Assembly: GCA_003990765.1 (NCBI GenBank)
Contig: RBNJ01000362.1
Location: 1-32,191, forward strand
Origin: Jimgerdemannia flammicorona
Taxonomy: Eukaryota
DNA length: 32,191 bases
Reading direction: 5' to 3'
A program made the position numbers and the translations under genes. Below are positions 1-10,308 of this stretch, one piece after another. The notes under the pieces were generated by a model. That model made no database searches, was not told where the DNA came from, and saw only the letters and a program-made list of their open reading frames with translations. Position 1 is the first letter of the stretch; each line of letters begins with the position of its first letter.

Positions 1-67
1 AATTAAATAAATCTTCCATCATCCGAAACAGTTGCTTCAGCCGACCGAAGAAAAAAAGGATGCATAC

Positions 68-1520
68 CACAGCAAACTCCAGCGCGCGCTGGATCATTGC
101 AAATGTTGAGTTCCAATGCGTACAGACGTCCAATATAAGCTCTTTCGGGGCTAAACTGATTGCCCTATACTGCGCAGCGAATTTGTCTCGTCGTTGTGGG
201 GACGATCGGACCGACACAACCAGTTTGCGCAGCTTGGAAATTATACTCAGGGCCCCTCCTCTCTCGGATGTTTTATCTACGTGCGTAAGATAGTCCTGAA
301 CAGCGAGGTTCAGTACGTGGGCCTGGCATCGCACATGGCAGCTTTCTGCACTGAAGGCCACGTTTTCCTGTTTGAGGCTGGCCGCTAAACCTTGGAAAAA
401 TGTTGAGTTGTTTGTGGCATTGTCCGTTGTAATGGCTAAAATCTGTACTTGAAATATTTGGTTGACAAGTTTATGTGAAAATAAGTAACCAATAAAATCT
501 GGTTTGGTTTAGGACCTCTCTCAAAACGCCGACCTGACGGCAAGCCCCCCTTTTTTACCTTAGTGGTGATCCCAAACTCCCGGATACAACTAATAAAAGC
601 ATCTGCGATGTTGTCTCCAGAATGAGGGCCAGCAAGTTTGACAAAGTCAAGGGTGAGAGATTTAAGCTGCCAATTGAGATCAATCCAATGACCGGTAATG
701 CCCAGAAATGAAATTGCATTGGGGGATGTCCATGTATTGATCGTAAACAAAATTTTGCCTGCCGAATTCTGCTTATTGAATGTGAGGTTAAATTGGTGAG
801 CTCTTTTGTATAATTCAGCTTGCAAAGGTCATGGTGCTGCCCTTATTTTACCTGAAGTGTCTAGCGGAGATTGTCGTGCTCCTTCCTATAGGCCTCTAGG
901 ACATCTTTGCGAATAGTATCGGCACTTGGCAAATATAAATCATGCTTGAGGAGGCCAAAGATGCTATACAATTGATCACTCTCAATGGTTGTGAATGGCT
1001 GGTCTGTGCACACAATCCAGCGAACGAGCCGATTTCGAAATTCTGCTGAAGAGTATGGCTAAAATTTTTGATTAAATGGCGTTGTTGGTACAGAAATGGT
1101 CAGGCAATCGGATAAATGTACCCACCACAGCTTGGATGTCGATTTTATTTGTCTCCGTGTTCTTTTTGATTTTGTCAGAGTGCTTGTCTTTTATGTGTCG
1201 ATTCATGTTCGAAGTTGTACCCCCAAGCATTTTGAACTTCTGGCTGGTGCAGTTCATGGGGGTGGATGAAACAATATCATGTGTATATCAAACAATATCA
1301 TATATGTGTCAAACAATATCATGTGTGTGTCAAACAAAGTGTCAATAGGTGCATCTTAATTTTTTACCTGCAATAATTACAAACAACATCATCTTCTATC
1401 TTAGTACAATATTGCCAGATTTCGGAGCGAGGATTGCATGGAAGGTGTGGAACTATCAGGGATGTTTGACTTGAAGCATCATTGGTACTGTGAACTGTTG
1501 AAGACTGATCTGTCGACGTG
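68..1520 (-). pseudogene. hAT transposase (zf-BED + RNase H-like DDE), multi-exon, disabled
   Basis: Manual splicing of GT-AG introns (1367-1244, 1125-1059, 851-769, 558-443, from 67) gives EIWQYC..VCNYCSQKFKMLGGTTSNMNRHIKDKH (BED), LVRWIVCTDQPFTTIE, FTINTWTSPNAISFLGITGHWID, ILAITTDNA, RCQAHVLNLAV and LDVCTHWNST. In-frame TAG at 861-863; first catalytic D read as N (736-738). Start codon not identified. Confidence 0.9.
1269..1336. repeat. 3x 21-bp tandem repeat inside the first hAT intron
   Basis: aaacaatatcatgtgtatatc / aaacaatatcatatatgtgtc / aaacaatatcatgtgtgtgtc. Confidence 0.9.
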
Positions 1521-1588
1521 TGTGTTTGCGTGTTTGCGTGTACATATGTATGCGTGTGTGTGTATGCATGTGTGTGTATTGTGTTGTG
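1517..1588. repeat. Imperfect (GT)n/(CA)n microsatellite in the hAT 5' region
   Basis: gtgtgtgtttgcgtgtttgcgtgtacatatgtatgcgtgtgtgtgtatgcatgtgtgtg. Confidence 0.8.
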
Positions 1589-1614
1589 GACGCGTCCGAT
1601 ATATGAGTCATGTA

Positions 1615-2035
1615 GAGGATTTGGATTGGAGGATTCGGTTGAAGGATTCGGATGAGGATTCGGATTGAAGGATTTGAATTGGAGGATTCGAATTGGAGGA
1701 TTCGAATTGGAGGATTCGAATTGAGTGATTCAGATTGAGTGATTCAGATTGAGTGATTCGGATTGAGTGATTTGGATTGAGTGGTTCGGATTGGAGTGGT
1801 TCGGATGGGTGATTCGGATGGGTGATTCGGATGGGGCGATTCAGATGGGGTGATTCAGATTGAGTGATTCGGATTGAGTGATTCGGATTGGGGTGGTTCG
1901 GATGGGTGATTTGGATGGGGTGATTTGGATGGGGCGATTCGGATTAAATCCAAGTTGATCCAGATGGCTTCGGATTTGAGATTCGAATCAAACCGTCATG
2001 TGACGAATCAAATCCGGATTTGATTTGAATTGACT
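1615..2035. repeat. hAT subterminal repeat array (GATTCGGAT core, ~13-15 bp units)
   Basis: Many tandem units such as ggaggattcgaatt, gagtgattcggatt and gggtgattcggat next to the element end; hAT elements carry subterminal transposase-binding arrays. Confidence 0.85.
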
Positions 2036-2049
2036 CATTCAGAGCACTA
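2034..2049 (-). repeat. Putative hAT terminal inverted repeat (5' end)
   Basis: Minus strand starts TAGTGCTCTGAATGAG (hAT-like TAG start) at the sequence boundary. Partner TIR is outside the window; the predicted 8-bp TSD is ctcctgag (2050-2057). Confidence 0.6.
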
Positions 2050-3240
2050 CTCCTGAGACTGGAGTAGTGTCTTCGATAATTTGGTGGGCAGCTTCATCTA
2101 ACTCCATGTCTTGATCAATCTTCTTGTGTTGGGTCTTACTTTGAATAGTGACAGCTGGAGTCTTTTTTGATCTTCCAACTGGCTTACTGTTGCTCTTCTT
2201 GTCATAGGGCTTGGATCAGGTTCTGGTACCTTCAGTAGCAGGATAGAATTCGAGCTCCTTATAGTATTCTTCATCATCAGTGTCACTGATCTCCTCAATG
2301 ACTACTGCATTAGTTTGTTCTCTAGTTCTGCTAGCATTGCTTGGTTGGGCTTTGCATCTTGTTTCAGTCATACAACTGTTTGCATAGTGGCCTTCTTCTC
2401 CACATCTGAAGCATGTAATATTGCATTCTTCTGTAGCTACTGCAAATCTCTGTACTGGTCTCCTGTTGGCACTTTGGATTTCTCTAACAATATCACCAAG
2501 GTGTGTAATCATCTCGGCGAACTGCTTGGTAAGTTCTTCCACTGGGTCAGCTTTGGCTGTCTTGGGGGTAGGTGGAGTTGGTTGTCTATTTACAACTGTA
2601 GTAGATAAGATACTAGTTGGCTTTGATGGCTCCATCTTTATGCCAGTTATTTTCTCCATTGAGTGTTCAGCAGAGTGTCTGGCAGTCCAATATCTCTGTG
2701 CAAAGACCACTTTCTGAGTGCACCTGGGGTAGACCGAATTACTAGGGCAATTTCAGGGTGAACTCCTTTGAGGAAGATTGAATCCACTATTTGTTCCTTG
2801 AGGGCATCATCATAGCCAGCCAAGACAATCTGGTGGCAAATTCAGATATAGAATGAGTTGGGATCTTCACTAAGTCTCTGGCAGATAGTATTGAGTTGAT
2901 CCTTGAGAGCTTGCTTGATCTCTTCAGTATAATATGTTGTTCTGAGAAAGGTCTTCATGTTGGCAAGTTTAACTGCATCTGCACCAGCAATAGTGGCTGC
3001 ATTAAACTTGTTTCTGGCAGGTCCTCTGAGGCTGACTGGTAGAAGGGCCAATTGAGCATCCACACCAAGGGCTCATACAGCGGCGAATTGTTCAAAGTCT
3101 TTAATGAAGGTCAGGATTGACTCTTCAGTAGTATATCCATAGAATGTAGGGGGGTGTATTTCTATCTTGTCTTGAATTCTTGCAGGGGTGACTCTTGTAG
3201 TCAGGGTAGTTGTTGTGGAGGTTGTTCGTTTTTCAGCTTG
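2050..3240 (-). pseudogene. Ty3/gypsy-like Gag (capsid + CCHC zinc knuckle), disrupted
   Basis: IHPPTFYG..FIKDFE..LLPVSLRGPARNKF..QRLSEDPNSFY..FLKGVHPEI capsid-like segment, then CFRCGEEGHYANSC (CX2CX4HX4C); has stops and a frameshift; truncated by hAT insertion. Confidence 0.85.
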
Positions 3241-3268
3241 AAAGTGAGGAATTCATCTTGAATCACCA

Positions 3269-3282
3269 GCCAATGGGCACTA
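3269..3282 (-). other. Putative primer-binding site (TAGTGCCCATTGGC, from TGG...)
   Basis: Lies 3 nt after ...CGTGACA and just upstream of gag; cognate tRNA not assigned. Confidence 0.5.
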
Positions 3283-3593
3283 AGTTGTCACGTAGTGGTC
3301 GCTGAGTCCTTCAAATATGCCAGATTCTCTTCAAGGTGTATCTTTTAGACTAACTCAAGTTGTTATAAGCAAGTTCTTATTGGAGTGCCTTCCCAAGGTC
3401 TTACAGTCCTCAAACTTCTTATCTTTAATTGTCTTGTTATCTCTTAGATTGCTTGCAAGGAAGTGTATATATTGCACTGAGAAGACTGACTTTATTTTAG
3501 AGGAAATAAGAGAGGTATTTATACAAAATATAATTCAATAGTTGCTAAGATATAAAGCTAAATATAAATTCCAATAACTAAAACTACTAAGTT

Positions 3594-3722
3594 CTAGGGC
3601 TGGTATTATTTAGTATTATATCAAAATACTGGTGCTGGAATAATTTTGCGTCACCTCAGAATGCCAGTGCTGGCATTATCCAGTATTACATGAGAATACC
3701 AGTGCTGGTATTATCTAGTGTA
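3594..3722. repeat. Imperfect ~30-bp repeats with palindromic core (ataccagtgctggtat) upstream of the LTR TATA box
   Basis: atgccagtgctggcattatccagtattaca / ataccagtgctggtattatctagtgtaa plus two degenerate copies. Confidence 0.7.
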
Positions 3723-3731
3723 ATGAAGAAC

Positions 3732-4685
3732 TTAGAGCAGAAAGTTCAGGATTATGGGGGCTTCATCATCATCATCACTGAAGGAGATGAGATCTGCGAA
3801 TTCGTTGTTTTCATATACTTTGATGTTATGCAGGATGATGTCATCGATGATGTCATCACGTTCAGCTGTAGCGGGGAAATCGGGGACAAGGTCTGGAGCT
3901 CTCCAGTCTATGAGGTTCTCTTTCACAAAATAAGAAACAAATGTGGGGTCTTGGGGAGATCTAACCCAGATGCTTGGGCCTTAGAATACTGAGATCAATC
4001 CTTGCAGGAATTGATCTGGGTTGTCCTGAAGGATAGGGTGCCAGAAGTCTTCTACTTCTTCACTGTTGAGGGTGATAGTGGACTGGGCTTCTGTAGCCAC
4101 CCTGGCTTCTAGTGCATTGATACAGTGGAATGATAGGTCTCTGAAATCTGAGACTCTAACATACTCCAAGTTGGGGATCAACCATGGTACATGCCTGAAG
4201 ATCTGTTGGATCTTCTTAGCTGTCCTTGTTTCGCATATATCCATGGGAGTGGCATCTTGTAGCTCTTGGGTGCTGGCCTGTGGAAATTCCTGGCAGAGGA
4301 GGTTTCCTATTTTGTACTCCTGCTACATTTGGAGACATTCGGTAGTAATGGTAATCCTTGTTTCCATTTCGCAGCAGTAGAGGATAAAGTGATAAGGATC
4401 TGCAGTACTCAGGTTGACACTAGGAGTCCTTCTTGAGTGGGTCCTCATGGCTCTTCTGATGTCTTGAAACATCCTTTCCTCGACTGAGATACCTTGGTGA
4501 TTCCTTGACCTTGAGGTTTGGTGGGTGGCAGGCATTTTGTTTGTAGTAAGTCTTTGAGCTATTTTGGGATTGGTAGTTCTTGTTGGTTGCTGCTATTGCA
4601 GTTCCTTGATCCTTCTTTTATATTCTTCAGGATGCTTGTGCTGTGGTCACAATGACTCACAGTTGGTCATCATTGCTCATCTCAT
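3732..4685 (-). pseudogene. Unknown ORF inside the putative LTR (about 270-320 codons, interrupted by stops)
   Basis: ORF-track pieces 4535-4323, 4244-3981 and 3926-3732 share one frame and are separated only by single TAG/TAA codons; no recognisable domain; acidic C-terminus. Confidence 0.6.
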
Positions 4686-4777
4686 ATGCCATATGATCTT
4701 CTTATGCTCCGATCTGGTGGCTTGTAAGGAAAGGCTATCTCCTGTGCTGATGTTATCATTCTGGGGTCACTGTTATA

Positions 4778-7025
4778 ATATATAGCTCTTATAGGTCCTC
4801 AAAGACTAAATAGTATAAGAGCTACTTATTGTACTGATGTTAGAGTTCTTATAGTAGCATATTACTTAAAATTATTAAAAAAGATAATAATGATACTATA
4901 ATGCTGAGAGAGGAGAGATCTGATACTCTTAAAGAGAAAAACATTAGCAACTTATATTGGATGAGTATAATGATAAATAATCTGGCTATAGAGGAGTTGA
5001 GAGAGGTGGACTTGAAGGTTGTCAGTAATGAGTACTGGGAGAAAGTACTGAGAAAGAATGGAGTGATGGAGGCTCTGAAGACTGAGATATTAGCAGTATA
5101 TCTAAAAGAGAAGAGTTATGGAGTAAATGTAGCAAAGAAGATAGAATTGATAGTAGTTACTGGAGAACAGACTGTCTTCTGATAGAAACAGTGATATAGA
5201 TTATAGCTTTGATAGAAGACCTGTTTGGAGTTTAAGGAAGAGATAGAGGAAAAGAATAATGAGATATTAACTAAGATTCTGGTTGAATTGAAGGCTAAGA
5301 GGGTTAAAGAAGAGGAGACTGCTGTGAAATATAGACTAGACTTGGCTCAGGAGAAGATAAGTGTAAAGCTGTGAAGAGTTGGGGCCTACTATAATATTAT
5401 TCAATATAAATAGTATAACTAATATTTTTTTACTAAATGTGAAGAGTTTGAGGGGCTCTATGAGATATAGAAATATTTTTGCAATTTTAGTATAAAAGGG
5501 TAAAGGAGATCTTTATAAGATTAGAGGTTAGAGAGAATACTTAGTTTAGAGGAAGTGACAGAGATCTATATGAGAGCTGATGATTATTTACTCTTACTAC
5601 TATTCTATAGTTAGAGAGAACAGAGTAGAGTAGATAGATAGTCTTTATGAGTATGACATACTTGCTGAGGCTGATGTGGATGTACTTGGTGGAGATTTTA
5701 ATATAGTAAGAAATATATAGTTAGACAGAACTAATGATAGAAAGAGTGCTGGAGATAGGAGTAATAGTCTAAATATCTCGGAGGAGATAGAGTATCTAAG
5801 TTCTTTAGTGAATACTGACAGAGTATTGTAGAGAGACAGATGAGTTTATACTCACTGAGTGAATGAACTTAGAATAAGGATTGACTAGATGCTTACTGCT
5901 GACTACTGGGAATAGATGTCTGAATAGATCTAGAGGTTGAGTGGTATCTATGATCAGATTATTGGGGGCTTATAGAGTATAGTCAGTTTGAGGAAAGTGG
6001 AGATAAGTCTGGATATTAGTATCTTAATTTCTCTTTGCTGATAGAGCTGAGATTGTGGGAGGCTTGAGTAGAGGATATTAGATCAAAGATTATTTACTGA
6101 AATTACAAGAAGTCCTCTATAGAGGTCTATTGGATAAAGTTAAAGAAGGCTGCTAGGGTATATTAAAGAGAGGCTGATAGATTCCAAGGAGTGCAGCAGA
6201 GATAGAGGATGAGGTGAGCTTCTTATCAGTTAGAGAGATTATAGTTAGATTGGGTCAGAATATTGAGCCAGAAGGCTGTAGAAGATTAGAGATTAGAATG
6301 AGCTCAGATAGAGGTAAAGAAGTTGAAGAGAGTATTGAGAGAGAAAGAGAAGGCTTGAATTCTGAGTATAGTGACTCAGTTATAGTAGTAGAGACTTGAG
6401 AAGAGTAAGTAGTCTTCTAAGTATTTATCTAGACTTCTCTAGATAAGAAGGGTGAGATAAAGATAAGATAGAGTATTAGATGAGGAGAGTGATATAGTGA
6501 ATGGGGTACAGCAGATCTTGGGTTCTCTGAAGGATTAGTAGAGATATCTATAGAGTGAAAAGAAAGAAGATACAGATGTAGAGACTATTGAAAATATGCT
6601 GAAGAATTAGTACCCTCCTCAGGTTGATAATCTCAAAGACCTAACTCTGTTAGTTCAAGAGGATGAAATTTTGAGTATTCTATTAGCTATGAAACTGAGA
6701 ACAGCTCCTGACAAGGATGGTCTACTCTGGGACTTTTAGAAGAAGATAGTGAGAGTTCTAGAAGTATTGAAGGAGATAAAGATATATACTTTACAACTTT
6801 GTTTTTATATCTGAGGAGTGGGGTTGGGAGTAGTATCTTAGTTTGATTATATTACTATATAAGGACAATAGTAAGTAAGAGAATTGAAAGAATTAGAGAC
6901 TAATTATACTTCTAGATATAGACAAGAAGTTAGTTACTAAGATGATTGTTACAAGACTATAGAGAGTGGTCCAATAGGTATTAAGAGCTAAGCAATGGAG
7001 CTTTGTAGGTAATAGATTAATTAGA
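4778..7025 (+). mobile_element. L1/Tx1-type LINE copy A, heavily AT-degraded (ORF1 C-terminus, APE, RT N-terminus)
   Basis: 4901-5182 peptide matches the ORF1 C-terminus at 20314-20739 (NNLAIEELREVDLKVVSNEYW vs NNLVVEELGEVDLRVMSDEHW); ORF2 start relic near 5406; GGDFN near 5688; ends at the FVGxRLIR motif. Confidence 0.85.
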
Positions 7026-8917
7026 ATTCTATTCATACTCAGTTTGTTTATAAGTTTAAGAGTAGAAGACAGTAGACATAGTAATTTATATATCCAGAAT
7101 CTTGAAGAGAGCTTGTCAAAAGTAACTGATAAACTTGGGATCTCAATAATTGACTATAACTTATAATAGAGTATAATGACAGAAGATAGACTTGAAGAAG
7201 ATTCTTACAATCTTAGAGACAGTAGTATTGATTATAGTGAGTTTAGCAATTATAGTCTTAGTCAGGTAATTGATAAATATAATGATAATAGTATCAGACT
7301 TAGTTCAAGATAGTTGTATTATAAAGTCTATTATAACTTATTTGAACTTATTGATAAGAATTGAAAGTAGTTAAAGTAGACTAGCTAGTGCTTAGTTATT
7401 AAGTTTATTGTATTGATAAAAATTATAACTAGTAATATAGTTCTTGATTTTTTTGATCATATTAGATCAGTAGTAGTAATATTGAAGGTTCTTGATAATT
7501 TTCTTAATTTCAAGATAACTAGTAAGTGGGGAGTTATAATGTTCTTATAGTATCTTATAACAAAGTTCCTTATTATCAGATAGGTAATCTTTGTCTTGAT
7601 GATAGATCAGATTATTTTCAAGAGTATATATATTCTTGAGCTTGTTTAAGAAAACTCTAGTAGCTACAGTATCTTTCTTATAGACTTATCTGATTTGGGT
7701 CTAGAAATTCTAATACCAAGATGACTTATATAACTATAATAAGGTCTGAGCATCTTGATAAGATATGTATCTGATACTATAAGTGTCTTGTCCAACTTAT
7801 AGATAATCATCAGATTGAAAGTTTGAAGTTTCTGGCTCTATTTGGCTTGTTGACATAATAGAGTAGATTGGATATTAATATACTTAAGAGATTAATAATT
7901 AGTAATAATATCAAACTCTAATATTTTAAGATATATATAATTGTTAGTAATTCCTTTTTGTGAGTTGCTAACTTCTGTTCTACTAGTAATAATTTTCATA
8001 ACTTAAAGATAATAGAGTAGTGTCCTTTTCCATCATATTATAATAAGACTACTCTAATAGTAGAATTTGAGATATTAGTAGTAACTGTAAATTTTAGATT
8101 TGAATTAGAATTTCACAGAACTAGAGTATTGGTCAGATAGTTCATGAGTTCTTAGAGTACTTATCAATGAAAGTAGTTTCAGATCTAAGATATATAATAC
8201 TCTGAGTATGATATCTTCTTTATTAGATTTGTGAGAGGCTCAGTAATCCCAGAGAGTTTTTGACAAAGTAGTAGTAGTAGCTAGCTAAGCTAAGAAAAGA
8301 TCTGAGTTCTGTGAGGTTTTCTGGCTTGAGCTATTCTTAGATTATCTTTATCTTATATAGATCTATCTGAATTCCTTAGACAGAGACAATATGACTAAGA
8401 TATTTAACTTATTTCTTAAAAATTTACATTTCTTGAGTTTTATATATAACTTGTATTCTTACAGAATTTCCAAAACAAGGTAGATATATTTGAGATATTC
8501 TTTTTTAGTTATACTAAAGATCAGAATATTATCAAGATATATCAATAAGAAAATAAAAGTTAGTTCTTGAATATCTTGTTCATAAGGGTCAGAAATATTA
8601 TAGGTATATTGATAAAATTAAATACTAGGACTAGGAATTCATAAAGTCTAAAGGGGGTCATAAATTTGGTAATATTCTGAAATGAGGTCTAGTTTAGTAA
8701 AGTACTTAGCATTCTTAAGAGCATTAAAGATCTAATCAATAAGAGGTAATAGATACTAGTTCTTGACTATAAGCTTATTAAGTATATGATAGTCTATATA
8801 TATTTATAGAGTTCTATTCTTTTTCTTAACAAAAAGAACTAGTGAGTTATAGAGAGACTTATTAGACTGAATGGCTCCTTGGGTGAGTAGTTCTTTCAGT
8901 TTTTTCTTAACTACTTC
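7026..8917 (-). pseudogene. Old Ty3/gypsy pol fragment (RT-RNaseH-integrase), AT-degraded
   Basis: Colinear with 26570-28522 of the complete chromovirus (e.g. gactgaatggctcct; cttaactacttc vs cttgactacttc). Confidence 0.85.
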
Positions 8918-10308
8918 TTAGTGCTGGGTGCTGGAATTGTTGGTGGCAATGTTATTGGGATGGTAGTACTGGCGGGTGAACCAGTGCACTACTTGGGGAT
9001 CTACTTCTCAGTGTTCGGATCTCTTCTTCCCCGGGCATAGTGGGACTGTAAACTCCTAGAGTGGGATAATGTTTTGCTGTGATGGGGAGGCTGGCATATA
9101 TCCCTTGCTGGAAGGGTGATGATGTTGAATGTGTACTAGATGCCGAAGCTGTGATATGTTGGATATCATTTGGATTTCCCAACCTGGGTGGTCAAGGGGT
9201 TGTTGAAGATGGCAAGGTCATAGATCTGAGGAGGGCAGTGAAGCCAGATTGGTTGAGAGGTGCTCACACTGCCCTTGGAGAGAGGTGGGCTGAGACTAGT
9301 GGACTTTACTAAGCAGCTTCTATATCTGAGAGCCTGGTGGCTGTGAAGGGCGAGTGAGCTCAGGGGTCAGGAGTGGGTGCCACTCATGCAGAGGTTGTGG
9401 GAGGTTTGGTACTCCCCATGTAATGGCTCTGGTGACCTGCTTGCAATGGTGGCCATGGAAGGGAGCAGGAGGATGCAGTTTACAGGCTTTTGGTAGGGGG
9501 TGGTGGATGGTGCTAAGAAAATTGGACTTCGGTGGTGAGGTGATGAAGCTGAGGAGGTTTGGGGACCACAGATGTGGTGGTGGGACAGGCTTCTATTGGG
9601 TGGTGTTCTGGTGGAGGACTTTCAGCTTGGTGAGAGTCTGGAGTATCTGCGAGGCCTAGGTGGAGACCTGTGGCCAGAAATCTGGCAGAGGGTTGGAATC
9701 GGGGAGGAGTGGGATTGGAATGGACTCTGGCTTTAGAGCAAATGGGTGTGGCAGTGGCTGCCCCCCAAGTTCTGGGTGGTGTGGTGGTGAGTCCTATAGT
9801 GGAATGTGATATTGAACTATCGGTCTGGACACTTGGTGGATGGTGGGATATTTGAGTGCAAGGATTATTTCAATGTTAGTTAGGAGGGAGGAGTGGTACA
9901 GACACCTGAATATTGGCTTGGCAAATGTGAGGTTTTGGGAGAGTTTTGGAGATGTATTATGGACAGGGTAGGGCTGGGTGCCATGGAGGGAGAGAGAGGA
10001 GAGAGATAGGGAGAGCTTCGCTGGTGACTGGTGGGTGGGGTTGGGGATGAATGGCTGACCCTTGGGTGGGCTTTGGCTATGTGGGTTGGGTTGGCTGGGT
10101 ATTGGATTCATGTCTTTGAGGAAGGGTGTCAGGTTGGGGTTGGTGACAAGATGGCCTGGTGGGAATGGTTGCTGTTAGACATTTTAAATAGCTGGTGGCG
10201 AGGTTGGAGGGTACCACAGGGGTCTGGTGCAGTGTATCTCTCAGAAGAGTAGTGGGAGGGTTTGGGTAGTGGGTAATTGGGTGGTGCTCGGGTAGAGGGA
10301 GGTTGAGG
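8918..10308 (+). mobile_element. LINE copy B, 3' part of ORF2 (post-RT and Cys-His finger), inverted
   Basis: LVLGAGIVGGNVIG..HYLGIYF..ISLAGRVMMLNVY.MPKL..LPLERGGLRL..ECKDY..QTPEYWLGKC; continues the minus-strand ORF2 that stops at 10309. Confidence 0.85.

Larger units (their letters stand above)
1..2049 (-). mobile_element. hAT-superfamily DNA transposon, 5' part (3' end outside window), inserted into Ty3-like gag
   Basis: Spliced transposase with BED finger and hAT motifs; subterminal repeat array; minus-strand terminus TAGTGCTCTGAATGAG at 2049, after which gag sequence resumes; CpG retained unlike neighbours. Confidence 0.9.
3286..4777 (-). repeat. Putative long (~1.49 kb) 5' LTR of the Ty3-like element
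   Basis: Minus strand T(A)TAACAG...CGTGACA; TATAAAT near 3517-3523 followed by AATAAA at 3491-3496, the same layout as the chromovirus LTR; sharp compositional change at 4777. Partner LTR not in window, so the far boundary is inferred. Confidence 0.55.

Noticed and set aside
1615..1960. CRISPR array or telomeric repeat
   Set aside because: No unique spacers or cas genes; units are variable and abut a hAT terminus in eukaryotic TE context.
8918..10308. Twin-priming 5' inversion
   Set aside because: The segments converge and the poly(A) end is lost; twin priming gives divergent segments with an intact 3' tail.
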